Positions 13,730-27,300 of a stretch of DNA of 64,000 bases are shown here, one piece after another (the first letter of the stretch is position 1; each line of letters begins with the position of its first letter). The translations under genes were made by a program, and so were the position numbers. The DNA is taken from NCBI GenBank assembly GCA_043228905.1, contig JBHGNT010000013.1, positions 1,488,001 through 1,552,000 on the forward strand. The letters are read 5' to 3'. This DNA is from Azolla caroliniana (taxonomy: Eukaryota > Plantae > Polypodiophyta). A model generated the notes under the pieces. That model was not told the origin of the DNA. It saw nothing but the letters and a program-made list of their open reading frames with translations, and did not search any database.

Positions 13730-16700
13730 TGTGAAAACAAAGGTGCGGAACCATTAGACAAGCAGCTTAGCCGGATAGCAACACACACAGAGAGATTAAC
13801 ACACAGAAGGTACACAGGAGAGACAAAGAGAGAGAGAGAACAGAACAACTTAAATCTATTATCAACAACTCTGTAAATTCTCTGTTACATACAATGTGCT
13901 CAACAACACTATTTATACAAGTCCTAGGAGGACTGACAGAAGTATAGTGTGCTTCAATGCTCACACGAGCGTCTGACACTAACTACGAGACATTAACTAC
14001 CTAGTAGTCTAGGCTGCTACTAGGCGTCCGGTTACTACTTGATCTGGCTAACCGGCTCCCCAGCTCACCAGCTCACTTGATCACCAGCTCACCGATCTGG
14101 CTCATCCTTCTAGATGCTGATCTGGCTCAGGCTTATTCAGCCGATCCGGACCCGGTTGAGCTTGCCGCTCAACACTCCCCCTCAAGCTCAACTTGAGGTC
14201 GGATCGTAGTGTCAGTCTCCGTGGCAGGCAGTCCTTCCACCCGGCTCCTTCTGGCGTCACTCCGCCTCGCTTGCACTCCTCGTCTAGTCTGGTCCCGTTT
14301 GCTGCGACCCTTCTGATTCTGCGCACCTCGACCTCCTCGGTCAACTTGTCTGCTCAACAGGCCCATTTCAACTCCCTCATTGCTGTGACTTCGGCGCTTG
14401 CCAATTTGTTGATTCCTTCGTGTTGGCGTCGAGTTTCGCTGCCTTCTCGTCCTCTTGGCCTTGAATTGATCTTGTTCTTCTGAATCCGTCTGTTGAACCG
14501 AATCGGCTGCCTCCGATTCGTTCCAGCTCTTGTCTAAATAGGTCGCTCCCGATTCGTCTTCCTATTCCAGGCCCTTCACCACATCGGACCATGTTTGGGT
14601 CTTGGCCTTCTTCTTCTGGTCGGTTCTGTCCTTCTTGACTCTGCTACTACTCCCGCTTGTTCCAACTTGTTCAGATGTGTCAACTTCCTTTGTCGACTCA
14701 ACTCCTTTCTTCTTCTTGTCTCTCCCTTTGTCAGTTCTTCCCTCACCGGCGCAACGACAGTTTCTTTGCCTTTGCCCATTCTGGTGTCTTTGCATGTTCT
14801 CCTCCTCAAGTTTGGCACGTCGAGATGTTGAACACCAAGCATTTCGGTGAAGTGCTGCAACTTGTATGATCTGAGCAATTTGGTGAAGATGTCGGCAACT
14901 TGCCGATCCGTATGAACATACCAAAGTTCGACTTCACCGCTCAGGACACGCTCATACACGAACTGGTAGTGCACTTCTATGTGCTTTGTGTGAGCATGTA
15001 ATACAGGGTTCTTGGTGAGCTGCATGCTGCTTATGCTGTCGCGGTAGATTAGGATCGGGTTCGGCACCTCGATCAAAGGTAGCAACGGTAGCGCCCAGGT
15101 ATTCAGCCTCAATGCTCAAAAGGGCCATTGTTGGCTGCTTTTTGCTGCTCCACGCAACAGTTGCGCTACCAAGGGAAAACATATAGTCGAAGGTGGATCG
15201 GCGATCCGATGCATCGTCGGCCCAGTCGGCATCGGTGTAGCCGACTAGCTCTTCGGTTATATCATGTCGGTATAACAATCCCCGGTCCTTCGTGCCGCTC
15301 ACATATCACAAAATTTGATGTGTGCACAGAAGGTGCTCCACAGTCGGCTTCTGCATATATTGGTTGATCACGCCGACCGGATAACTGATGTCGGGTCGGG
15401 TGATTGTCAAATATATAAGGCTTCCGACGATTTGTCGGAACCACTACTCATCACATGCCAGTCCAGAGTCGGGACGGAGCTTCTGGTTCAGGTCCAGGGG
15501 TGTGGAGATCGGTCGGCATTCCTTCATGCTGAACTTGTACAACATATTCAACACATAGTGTCTTTGTGAGAGCAATATGCCGTCGGAGGTTCGGATCACC
15601 TCGATCCCAAGGAAATAGTGAAGGTCCCCAAGGTCCTTCATCTCAAATACGTCCGACAGCTGGGACTTGACTCGGCTGATTTCATCGAGTCCGGGTCCGG
15701 TAATGACTAGATCATCAACATACAACAAGACGCAATTTGGACCGTCCGAACCTTGCCGAATGAAGAACGAAGAGTCGAACTTGGAGACCGCAAACCCCAT
15801 ATTATGCAACCGGTGCGTGATCTTCGCATTCCAAGCTCGAGGGGCTTGTTTCAGGCCATAAAGTGACTTCTTCAGCCGGCATACCGCCGACTTGTTCATC
15901 TCCGACTCGAAACCGGGGCATTGGGTCATAAAGACCTCTTCTTCAAGATCGCCTTGAAGAAATGCATTCTTTACGTCCATCTAGTGAACATGCCACCCCC
16001 TTGCCGCAGCAACCGCCAGCACCACACGAACCGTCGTCATCTTCACTACCGCAGTGAAGGTCTCGTCGTAGTCAATTCCGTGGGTTTACGCGTATCCCTT
16101 CGCCACTAACTAGGACTTGTACCAGCTAACCGAACCGTCGGCATTGTACTTTACCTTGTACACCCACTTACATCCAATCGATTTACAGTGTCGAGGAGGG
16201 TCAACTAGGTCCCATGTGTCGTTGGCATCAAGTGCCCGCATTTCTTCCTCCATAGCGGCACGCCAATTTGCGTCCTTTCGCCACCTTGGTCATGTATGCA
16301 TAGTGATACGCCATGTACTCATTGTACCCGTACCACTTCACGGGGTTCTTCTGGTGGGAAGACCAGCGTAACTTGGTATTACCTAGTTTGGAGCCCTTCT
16401 TGGCCAGGTCGGACATCGTTCCCGAAGATCCGCCTTCATTCTTTCCGGAGTCGGATTCGCTCCGATCCGACTCAACGTTGCCGGTTTCATATCCCAACAT
16501 CTTCTTCTTCCCTTTCTCTTTGCGCGTGAACTGTCTCCTCAGTTCCTTGTGCGGGGGGAACACGGCAGAGTCTCCACTACTCACTGGTTCATCTTCCGAC
16601 TGGTCTGTCTGACCCAGTCGCTCATACGGCCCGCTCAACCGAAACGATTCCGGACTCACATCTAGAGTCTCGAACCCTTCATCTTCTAACTGGACCGGTT

Positions 16701-19502
16701 CAGGCTCACTAGCCTCATCCTCCGCTATCAAGTCAGGATTGGAAGTCGGAGCCGGTAAGGCATACCATGATGCCGTCTCATCAAATTCAACATCCCGGCT
16801 AACTTGGACCTGCTTCATCCGGGGGTTATAACACTTATACCCCTTTTGCTCATGCGAGTAACCAACCAGGATGCATTTCTCCGACTTTGCATCCAACTTC
16901 CTCTGCTTCTCATCTAGCACTTGCACAAATGCAATGCTACCGAATATCCGAAGTTGTCTCAAATTCGGCTTGCGCCTGAAATACAGCTCATGCGCGGACA
17001 CCTTATCACCGATCCGGTTTTGGATGTAGATGGCCGTCCGGACCGCCTCAGCCCAGTAGAAATGGGGCATGCTCTTCTCCTCCAGCATTGCCCTTCCCGC
17101 GTCGACAATCGACTGGTTCTTCCTTTCGGCCACACCGTTTTGCTCCGATGTGTACCTGGAGCTAAATTCTCTCCGAATTCCATTCTACCGCAGATAACTT
17201 TTGAATTGGCCTGAAAAGTATTCTTTCCTACCATCCCACCGCAAGCACTTGATCTTCCTCTCCGTTTCCCGTTCAACCAGGCTTTGCAGGTTCTAGAAAC
17301 ACTCAAAAACTTCGCTCTTCCGCTCAATGAGGTGGATCCATGTGTGCCGGTTGTAGTTGTCAATCAAGGAGAGGAAGTATCAACTCCCGCCAAGACTCAC
17401 ATTCTGTGCCGGTCCCCATACATCCGAATCAATAAGGTCGAGCTTGTTACAGCTATGGTTTCGCTCGTTGGGGAATGGAAGTCGGTGTTGCTTCCCGAGT
17501 TGGCAGGCTTCACATATTTGAACCTTGCAACCATTGAACTTCAGCAAACCGAAAACAACTTGTTTCGTTTGCAGGTCTTGAAGCCTCCGGTAATTGACGT
17601 GGCCAATCCACTTGTGCCAGAGATCAATGTCCAATTCAATCTTCTGTCCTTTGGCGAACAAAGCGGTGCCGACATCATTGGTATCGAGGATGAACATCCT
17701 CCCATCTCTACGCCCTTGTGCAACAATCTGGCCCTCTTCCTCGATGAAGCACCCAAGGTGCGTAAACCGCACCTACATGCCCTAGCCAACAATCTGACCG
17801 ACTGACACCAGGTTCTTCATGATAGTCGAAACGTGTAATATGTTCATCAGCTTCCCCCTTTGTCTGACGTGGCTCAAAGGGACTTCTCCGACATCCACGA
17901 TTGGGTGAGAAGGTTCGTCTCCAGTTTCGACAACTCCTGGTTGTTACGGTTTCTCCAAGAAAGAGAACCATTCTTTGTGGCTCGTCATGTGATTCGACGC
18001 ACCGGAATCAACGTACCACACTTCCTCCGATTTGGAAGTGGTCTTCTTCATCGAGTTAGCCTCGTGTTTCATCACCAAGGTTGGCCCTTTACCGGCTTTT
18101 CCGGTTTTGGATCCTCACAATCCTTCTACGTAGTGCGAGTATTGTCGATTCTCTCTGTCAGGCTTGCCGGATCCGGATCTGTCCGAATCGGCACGCTTCT
18201 TCCAGCACTCGCTTTCTCAGTGGCCCTTTTTACCACAGTACCAACATTCCGTGTCGGCCTTTGCTTGCCGGCCTCCTGCGCCGCCTTGACTCCCCCTGCT
18301 TATGGAGGGTCCGGAACTGTTCTCTATGCCTTTGGTCCTACTCTTGCCGGCCGCTACAATTGCAGGTCGACCCGCCTCGTCCACCACGCCCATGGGGCCG
18401 ATCCGCCTCCGTGTACAGCATCCGACTATCGGTGGGTACACTTGTTGACGCACCGGTGTGGTTCTCCTCTACAAGGAGCATCAACTGTAAGTCGAAAAAT
18501 GACGGCGTATTCTCCCTTGTACATAAGCCGTTGGGAGCGCTCTGAACTTAGACGCTAGGCCCCCATGACAGATCTGCACCATCACATCTTCCTCTACAGT
18601 GACGTTGATAGAGGCAAGTGATTCACAGATCTCTTTGATTCGGGCCATGTAATCAACTACCGACATGTCCTTTTGTCGGACATTGCTCAACTCCTATCGG
18701 AGTTGCAGCTTCCGGGCCGTATTGCTTGCCATGAAAACCTTCTTCAAGTTTCCCCAAGCTTCTTTTGGCGTCTTGGCATCTCGGACATGGCTCAACAGCT
18801 GGTCTCCAACAGTAAACACAAAGCAGTACATTACTCTGCTTGCTGCTTGTTCCCACACTAGGAAGTCCTTGTGTGCCGCATCAGGTGCTATGTCGTTAGC
18901 TGCGTCGACATAGCGCCAGTAACCATGCCCAAGCAGGTACTGGTGCATCTTGTATGACCAAGATGCATAGTTGGATCTGTCGAGCTGCTCCACCGGGAAC
19001 GAGCTAGCCATTCCTCTGTCCATCACTTCTCTTTCTGTTCTTACCGGGTCTTGGGGTTTGTCTTCAAATGCTGATGTCGGCTACAGAGGTTCTCAACCCT
19101 CACACTCTGATACCATGTGAAAATGAAGGTGCGGAAGCGTTAGACAAGCGGCTTAGCCAGATAACAACACAGAGAGAGAGAGAGCAGAACAACTTAAATC
19201 TATTATCAACAACTCTGTAAATTCTCTGTTACATACAATGTGCTCAACAACACTATTTATACAAGTCCTAAGAGGACTGACAAAAGTACAATGTACTTCA
19301 ATGTTCACATGAGCGTTTGACACTAACTACGAGACATTAACTACCTAGTAGTCTAGGTTGCTACTAGGCTTCCGATTATTGCTTGATCCGGCTAACCGGC
19401 TCACTTGCTCACCAGCTCACCGATCTAGCTCATCCTTCCAGATGTTGATCTGGCTCAGGCTTATTCAGCCGATCCGGATCCGGTTGAGCTTGCCGCTCAA
19501 CA
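13730..19502 (-). mobile_element. Full-length degenerate Ty1/copia element, LTRs 13730-14174 and 19116-19502
   Basis: TSD ATCCT, PBS-Met at 19105-19115, PPT. gag, CWYCGKKGH, integrase, RT (MDVKNAFL, YVDDL) and RNase H (YTDADWA, KHIEV), broken by stops and frameshifts. Confidence 0.95.
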
Positions 19503-19859
19503 ATCCTGATCCTTTCTGCTCCACTACAATAACCTCGGAACATATTCATCGTTACATGAACTATCTATCTGAATAGGCCCAATCTAATAGGGCTCTGGAT
19601 CCTTCTTCTTTTCCAATGGCCATGGATGTTGCTCACCCACGAGGGAGGGTTAAAAGGGGAAGAAAAAAAGACACAGACACAATCACAATCACGTAGATAG
19701 ACAGGCATGCAGAGAGAATGAGACATTAGTGAGAGAGGGAGAGAGGGAGAGAGATTAGTGATGGAGAGAGAGAGTGAGACTTCTTCTCAAGAGAGGGCCA
19801 GTCGTTCAGGCATGCCAGTGTTGATGTGAGAGAGAGAGAGAGAGAGAAAGAACGAGGGA

Positions 19860-20410
19860 AAAATGTACCGGCCAGATCAGACTGGTCCGGAGGAGAGAAC
19901 CAGATGAAGACCAACAAGGGACGAATCTTGAAGCTCTCCGGTCATATCCATAAATGAATCCAGAGAAGGACATATCTATAAATATGTTCGGTTAGGCCCA
20001 GTAAGGCTACATTTGCAAATATCCCTAAAGTTATATTAGTATAAATATAACTAGGGCAAAACTTTATGTGTGACTGTGGGTTGTTGAATAAAGCTAGTTG
20101 TAACTAGCTAATTGTGTCGAGAGAGAGACAAATTGCGTGTAGTATCTCTATTGTAATTGTCTCTTGACGAGAAAAAGCTCAAGGTTATTGCCTTGGATTC
20201 TGTTGTTGTATTCCTCTCATACTATAGTGATTATGTTTGGAGACTGTGAACTCCCGTGGTTTTTCCCACTTAGGTTTTTCCACGCTAACATCTGGTGTCA
20301 TATTGTCTTTGTTTGTGTGCAATATTCTATTTTACTGTCTTAAGATTGAATCTTGGTTGCGTCTGAGACCCATTTTTCTATCAAATTATTTACATAATTC
20401 GGGACTAACT
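19860..20410 (+). mobile_element. Degenerate copia LTR
   Basis: Shares ATATTAGTATAAATAT.ACT.AGGGCAAA and CCGTGGTTTTTCCC...TTTTCCACG with the 6153 and 63087 LTRs. Boundaries approximate. Confidence 0.55.
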
Positions 20411-20674
20411 ATTTTGGCTATAATATTTTTCGACTTCATAATATATCCGGTTTCACACCTTTTCGGCTTTTCGACTATTTGGCCCTTTCAAACAGCTTTC
20501 GGCATTTCGGCCCTTTCATTCCTTGGCCTTCTTTCACACTTCACTTCCTACCCATACGGGTAGCAATCATGCTCAAGTTTTTGACTTAATCCAAAGAAGG
20601 CCCTTCATACTCTCGTTGCTACCTAATGGGAGGCCACAACACAAGCAGAACTAGATGCGTTAAATTGCAATAGG

Positions 20675-20915
20675 TGTTACCGTACGAGATGTACAGGTGA
20701 TTGATAAGTGTGATAAGTACGGGTGAAAGATGTAATGCGTTGATATGTATGTATAATGTTATACGATTATGAGTGTGAATGTAACTGTGAGTGTTGTGGA
20801 TACAAAGAGGTGTGAGTAGTGACTAGGTGTGAATGCCCAAGGGGGCTTGCACCCTTGTGTATCTACTCCTTTGTACCTATTTAACCCCTTATGGGGAATG
20901 AATGAAAGAAGGATC

Positions 20916-20959
<44 letters not shown>

Positions 20960-21195
20960 GAGATCTTTCTCTCTCTCTCTCTCTCCCCCTTAACGTTGAA
21001 CCCCCTTGGGAGTGGGGTGGAGCCATTCTAGGCACCGTCCCCCACCCCTCAATGCTTGTCTTGTTCTTCATGATCTCTCTCACCATTATACTCCCCATCA
21101 TTTTCACTATTACACCATGTCTATCTTCCTCATCAATCATCATACATTATCATTTATCATCATCATCCTGTACCCCAACCCTAAAACATACAACA
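20675..21195 (+). mobile_element. Solo LTR (same family as 44598-45106)
   Basis: TGTTAC...CAACA, TSD ATAGG/ATAAG, internal (CT)n; collinear with 44598-45106. Confidence 0.85.
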
Positions 21196-21199
21196 ATAA

Positions 21200-22000
21200 G
21201 ACTTGGACCTTAGTTCCACACACCAGACATCGAAATGTCATTTCAAGCAAATGGATCCTTACCCAGAAAATTGACACCCATGGTGTAGTGGTTTGATTTA
21301 AGGCACGTGTTGTTGCACGAGGATTTTCACAAATCCCAAGCTTAGATTTTAAAGATATATTTGCACCTACCTTTAAGTTGGAGCCTCTATGGTTAACGCT
21401 CTCTATGTCCGCTAGCCTTAACCTCGAACTCCATCATCTCAACATTGAGACCGCTTTTCTACATGCAAAACTCGAAGAGGAGATAAATATATAGAGCAAC
21501 CAACTCATTTTTGGATGCTCAATTTCTAGACTATGTCTGCAAACTTCACAAATCATTATATGGTCTAAAACAATCTCTGCATGTGTGGCATTTCAAATTA
21601 CATATCTTGTTTCTATCGGATTCAATCGTCTTCATGCCGAGGAAAATATCTATATTCGCAAGGACGACACTATCTATGTAATTATTGGTGTTTATGTTGA
21701 TGATTTAGTGATTGCTTCCAATTCTATAGCTTCAATACGGAAGACAATTCTATAGCCTTATGGAAATGAAGATATTTTGTGACAACTAGTCATGTATAAA
21801 GTTATCAATAAATCCTATGCTCACCGTCGATGAAAATAAGCATATCAAAGCAAAACATCACTTTATTAGAGAATTCATGGAATGAAACGAATTATTGGTA
21901 TATTACACTCGAACAATAACGATGACAATGTGGGTGGATTTTTTAACTAAGCCTGTGTCACATCAAAAGCATTGGAATTGTTAGGAATAAAATTCGCCTC
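21200..22000 (+). mobile_element. Highly degenerate copia RT/RNase H remnant
   Basis: KSLYGLKQ and GVYVDDL-like motifs with many frameshifts. Confidence 0.7.
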
Positions 22001-22667
22001 TATCTACAAAAGACGAAGAACTAAAATGTTTTTACATTAGAATAACTATAATGTAGAAATGGTTTAGTATTTACCTTATTTTAGTATTTTAGTTTTAAGT
22101 GAAAAACAATGTACCCCTTCATATCACTCTAGGGCTACTAATATTTTGCGTGCACAAATGGGACGCATAAAATGCCAATTTCAGTATTACTCAGACATTC
22201 CAAAAGAGGAGGATTTCCTTTAATATACGGTCTCTCAGGATGTGGTTAGAAGGTTCTACCGCACGAGAAAAAAGAGAAGCATGCGTCTGTCTTTCTTTTC
22301 TGTTTTTTTTTTTTTTTTTATGTTTTTTGTTTTGGAATTATTAGGCGATGGTTCCCTTATATGGACAGATGTCTATGTTTGTGATTTGGATGGCACTGTG
22401 GCAATCGTCGTCGTCTGTGTTTTGGTCGCATCGATGGATGCAAAGGAATGGATAGAATATGATGATGATGATGATGATGATGATTAGGGGGGGTGGGGGG
22501 GGCACATTACACCATCGAAATCTCTATCGCTGTTACCTGCAGATGATTGCAATCAATTAGGATACCTAGGGCATATCATGCAAAACGAATAAAACATGGG
22601 AGAGGTGCGGAATTGAATTCAAGCACCATATATGTGTGTGTGTGTGTACGCAAAGCATTTAACCATC

Positions 22668-22680
22668 TATATTTAAAAGG
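22668..22680 (+). promoter_or_regulatory. Putative TATA box of the MTPSL gene
   Basis: TATATTTAAAAGG about 170 bp upstream of the ATG, followed by a pyrimidine-rich leader. Confidence 0.4.
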
Positions 22681-22845
22681 CAAGGAGGCAGCACGAATTA
22701 ATTGTATTCATTCATCAATTTCGATCCCATCTCTCAACTCTACTATATGAACCTCTGAATCTTATCTATATCTCCCACACCTCATTTATCTTCCGAAAAA
22801 TTATTATTCCATTTACTTGGTTATCTTCCTTCATATTCATTTACA

Positions 22846-24138
22846 ATGGCCGACCTCATGGATACCGTTACCATGTTCCCGCCTCAAGATTACTCCTTGG
22901 ACGACCATTATCAACTCACTCACCTCAAATATGACCTAGCCCCTCCCGTGCTCGCCACATTGAGCCGGACCTTGCCGGACCTGCAGACCCGCGAGGGCGT
23001 GATCGCGTGCTCCTTCCGGTGGAGGAACCATCCCGAGTGCGAGAAGCTCAAGATCTTCGCCGCGGAATGGGCCCGCCTCCACTTCGGCGGTGACATCGTC
23101 AACATTAGCTGCGACAAATTGATCGGCTCGGACTTCCACTTGCTGGCCACCATGGCGATGGCGGGCGGGCGGAGCGAGCGCATGCCCGCAGCCGTGAAGC
23201 TCATGGTGTGGTTCTTCGTGTTCGACAACTTCATGGACGAGCCGGCACACATGGGGGCCGACATGGGGGCTTCCCAGGAGATGGTGGATGCCATCATGAG
23301 CGTGTTCGACAACACCACCACGGTGGCAGTACCAGCTCATCAAGCAGTAGTAGGAGATGCGGGCCGCGGAGATGTCGGTCTTATTAAGAATGGCAAGGAG
23401 CCGGGATTCGTGGGGATGAAAGGTGAGGAGTATAGCGATTACGGTAGGGCCATACGGGTGATACGGGAGTCGGCGCGCGATTGGTGGGAGGAGATGCGGC
23501 ACCTCGGGATGTCGGCGAGGCAGCAATATCGGTTTGTTTGCGTGTTCAAGCGGTACCTGGAGGCGAACACGGAGCAGGTGGAATTCCGGCAGCTTCGCCA
23601 GATCCCAGACTTGGACACCTACAAGGAGCTACGCCTCCACTCCATCGGTTGGTACGTGTCCAGCCTCACGCTGGAGTTCGCATTGGGATTGGAGCTTCCG
23701 GACGAGATGATCGAGCACCCGTTGTTGCGCGCGCTCGAGGTGGCGGCGGCATTCCACATAACATTCGTGAATGACATATTCTCGTTTCGGAAGGAGATGT
23801 CGGAGGGGGACCTAATGAACCTGGTGCCGGTGCTCCTTTGGCACAACCTAGGCAGCAGCGGCAGGCAGCACATATTATTGGCACTACGTGCTGCGGCGGT
23901 GGAGGCGTTGGCGCAAGAGACGGTGTCGCAAGCATTGGGGTTGGTGCGGGAGCTGGACCAGGAGTGCGTGCGGCTGATGGCGGAGATACGAGCGGTGGTA
24001 TGTGGAGTGTTGGCGGAGGAGGAAGCCGCGGCGGCGGTGGAGAAGTACGTGCAGGGAGTCTCGGACTGGCTGTCCGGGAATCTGCAATGGCACCGCATCT
24101 CCAAACGATATGTCCACAACAACCTCCCTTCCATATGA
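22846..24138 (+). CDS. Microbial-type terpene synthase-like protein (MTPSL; class I terpene cyclase, alpha domain only), intronless
   Basis: 430 aa. Asp-rich FVFDNFMDE, pyrophosphate-sensor R (ELRLHSIG), NSE motif NDIFSFRKE and C-terminal WHRISKRY (WxxxxxRY). GC-rich relative to flanks. Confidence 0.92.
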   Translation: MADLMDTVTMFPPQDYSLDDHYQLTHLKYDLAPPVLATLSRTLPDLQTREGVIACSFRWRNHPECEKLKIFAAEWARLHFGGDIVNISCDKLIGSDFHLLATMAMAGGRSERMPAAVKLMVWFFVFDNFMDEPAHMGADMGASQEMVDAIMSVFDNTTTVAVPAHQAVVGDAGRGDVGLIKNGKEPGFVGMKGEEYSDYGRAIRVIRESARDWWEEMRHLGMSARQQYRFVCVFKRYLEANTEQVEFRQLRQIPDLDTYKELRLHSIGWYVSSLTLEFALGLELPDEMIEHPLLRALEVAAAFHITFVNDIFSFRKEMSEGDLMNLVPVLLWHNLGSSGRQHILLALRAAAVEALAQETVSQALGLVRELDQECVRLMAEIRAVVCGVLAEEEAAAAVEKYVQGVSDWLSGNLQWHRISKRYVHNNLPSI

Positions 24139-25619
24139 TTCCATAGGAATTTAATGTAGTTATGTAACCAAGGCCACCTTAACAAAGTACATGCAATAAA
24201 AATATTTCCTTTATCAGTGATCACCATTAGAAAAAAGGAGAGAGCATCGTCTGATGATAGTGATTTGTGAGAATGTTTTCCTTCCAAATGAACAACTCGT
24301 TTCTTATGTCGTGTAACCTTCGTTGTGAACAAGGGCGAGGGCCACAAGATTAGGTTATCGTATTACATATTCTCGTTTTATTTACTTATGATATTGTGAA
24401 ATGCACATACATAGAAGCGGCCCGGGGGTGAGATCGATGGATAAGACAAAGAAAGGATTGGTGGTCAATCTCAACCGTAACTTGTCCGCCGTGAAGGTAT
24501 GGGTGAAAACGCTAGAAAGACTAGACGATCGCAAGCAGTTCCTTCTTGGCGGTTGAGTAGTTGCATTCAGCAGAAATGAGTGTTCAACTAATGAAGGCTG
24601 ACCGCTTTCTCTTGCCCGTGGCAATCGGCTTGCAAGACGACGTTGCAGCAGCAAGCACACAAACCACTGGGCCAATTTCATGTTCACATAAATCAACTCA
24701 TTCTACCGATCCTACTATGCTCGAACATGTCAAGCTTTTCCATTTATGGCCCGTTTGTACCATGACATCACCAGCCACACCCGAGACTAAGGTCCCAAGA
24801 CATTCAATGAAGTGATCATAATCGCCCAACACATCGAAACTTGCACACTATCTGACTACCAACCACGTTGGCCCCCTCCACCATCGACCGACCTACGAGC
24901 CCAGTACCAGGGAGTGGCCCCCATGGACATTGATGTCCAAAATGTGCAGCTATAGGCTCGCCGCAACCTTCCCAATCACAATACCTATGGTGTTGAAAGT
25001 GCTTCTTTTGCAACAATTATGGCCACATTCAACGGCAATACCAGCAATTGCAAGAACAGTCTCAAAAGCAACAATCCCAAATAACGATGGTTGATGCAAC
25101 ATCGTTGACTGAACTCCCGGGAAACTGACTGTCAGGGTTTTGATGGAAGTGCCAGCCCCCACGTCCAAGTGTCTACCCCTTCCACTTCATAGGTAGCACC
25201 ACCCTTGCCATCATCAACCACACCACCCACACCATCTTGTTAGACTCTGGTTACCGTAGTAGTATCTCTTCCATTCACGTCGCCTTAGTTCATCGCCGTA
25301 GAAGATTGTCTTTTAGTTCGCCAAGAAATTGCGGCACCTACAAATGTGAAAACCATTCTAGGTGTAGATCGGGAGGTATCAATATCCAACTCCCCCCCCC
25401 TCCCTCTAATTTGAATTTGTCCAACCTAGAAGTGGACCACGTATCCATGCATTTAGTTGGATCAATGATTCGAGATATCCTAGTAAATACCAAGGGTCGA
25501 CTTTGATGAGCTTTCGACTCTCACGATCTTTCGACAACTCCCTAACGTCCTTGCATCCATGCGTGTTAACGGGACATAATTTGGTGAATTTTGTGTGAAA
25601 GAGCAACAAGGGAGAATTC

Positions 25620-26060
25620 AAGATGTAAGGAGAAGATCTTGATGAGGTGATGGCGGTAGCAATCGACCGAATGATGCAAACAAGAGAGAACATGGTTGGC
25701 CTAGACCAGGCCATAGAATCGATCATCAGAACGATGGGCCGATGCAACAGAAAAGATGTATTGTGCTACCTCAAGACTTTTAATGCATAAAGGTTAATGA
25801 GAGGCATTCCAAAAGTGAGGAAACTAATTGGCATTGCAACAATAGTGGTGCCAAGTCTCCATGCCGAGATATTCGAATTGTAAACAGAAAGCTACAATTG
25901 GGAGGAGCTTAAGAGAGGGCTTCACGAACTATACAACCTCGATAACTCCATGACAATAATGAAAAGACCTAATTGATTGGTTTAAGAAGCGTTTCCCGCA
26001 ACTGTCGATGCTTGATAGGACAGTGCTCCACATGAGCAAGGTCCTATTGCTCCCAGTCAT
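25620..26060 (+). mobile_element. Degenerate gypsy gag fragment (Trp-primed lineage)
   Basis: Similar to the gag N-terminus at 53400-53870 (-) and 59560-60000. Confidence 0.55.
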
Positions 26061-26363
26061 CATATTTGAGCTGATTTTCTAATTAAACCTCTCCAACATT
26101 CTAAGCATATTATTTGTTACAAGCAAGTTGGATTAATTGATGTAATTGTATAGAAAGATGAAAATCTACACTTCTAAAAAAATTCGCTCAAGGGGAAGTG
26201 TGGAAAATAATAATAAATATGTGAAATATTAATAATATTATTATTGGTTAGGTTGGATAGTTTCTTATGAGAAGGAAATTGCCTCGGTGGTCGTCTTTTA
26301 TAAAGCCACCACTATCTTTGTAATAGTTAAGGCATTTATCAATAATAAGAAATTGATTTCCCT

Positions 26364-26400
<37 letters not shown>

Positions 26401-26959
26401 CCTAAAGTGTCTACTAAAAAAGGTAAACTACATTAGAAGCCAAAAAGAAATGAAAGAGAGAAAGGTCATAGAACTCCATGAATATATGCATGTGGATGTA
26501 TTCATGAGAAGTGAGTTTAATTTGATTCGGAATTGATCGCATTCGAACACGTGCCCCCACCTTACTATGTAATCATCATCATCATTTTCTTCGTCTTCTT
26601 CTTCTTCTTCTTGGGGTACAAGTATAGAACATGTGTTTTTTCTTTTCTTGTTTGCTATCCGCCACGCAGGCGTAAAGATCAGGAGTAGCAAAACCAAAAA
26701 TGCTTTACAAACTAAAGTCGTTGGCGTGGCGTGGGGTTTCCAAATTCAGATGGGTTTTCCAAATTAGGCACAGATGCCTTACCTTAGAATTTGTCACACA
26801 TTCCAAAAGTGGTCTCCTTATATAGGATACACACGTTGTCTGCAGCGTGTAAAACGAATTACACATGCCCCCATTGAATCTAGCAATTAAGCTCGATGTG
26901 TATGTGTTCAAAGGCAAAGGCAATATACAGGCAACGCATCATCAATTGGATTCATCGAT

Positions 26960-27172
26960 CCATACACATTACAACAAACATTCCCTAAATAATATTGCAT
27001 AGCCTATATATTCCTAATTATATTCCATTCCATACACGTTACAACAAACATTCCCTAAATAATATCGCATAGCCTATATATTCCTCATTATATTCCATTC
27101 CATACACATTACAACAAACATTCCCTAAATAATATCGCATAGCCTATATATTCCTAATTATATTCCATTCCA
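26960..27172. repeat. 70-bp tandem repeat x3 in the 5' region of the MTPSL pseudogene
   Basis: CATACACATTACAACAAACATTCCCTAAATAAT... at 26961, 27031 and 27101. Confidence 0.95.
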
Positions 27173-27300
27173 TTCATCCGTTAATCCTTACAACAATCAC
27201 AAAGCCTATATCTTCCAAATCAGATCCCATTCCATGAATCCGTCAATCCTTATGTCAATCATATTCCATCCCATTAATCCGTTTCTTTATATCAATCACA

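Noticed and set aside
22846-24138. Bacterial or fungal contamination as the source of the terpene synthase
   Set aside because: It has AT-rich plant-like flanks and a local decayed paralogue with homologous 3' flank, and it is embedded among plant retroelements.
23619-24347. 242-aa antisense ORF over the MTPSL gene
   Set aside because: Shadow of GC-rich codon usage.
24400-25300. Possible decayed gene fragment between the MTPSL copies
   Set aside because: Coding-like composition, but no motif could be recognised in any frame; needs BLASTX.
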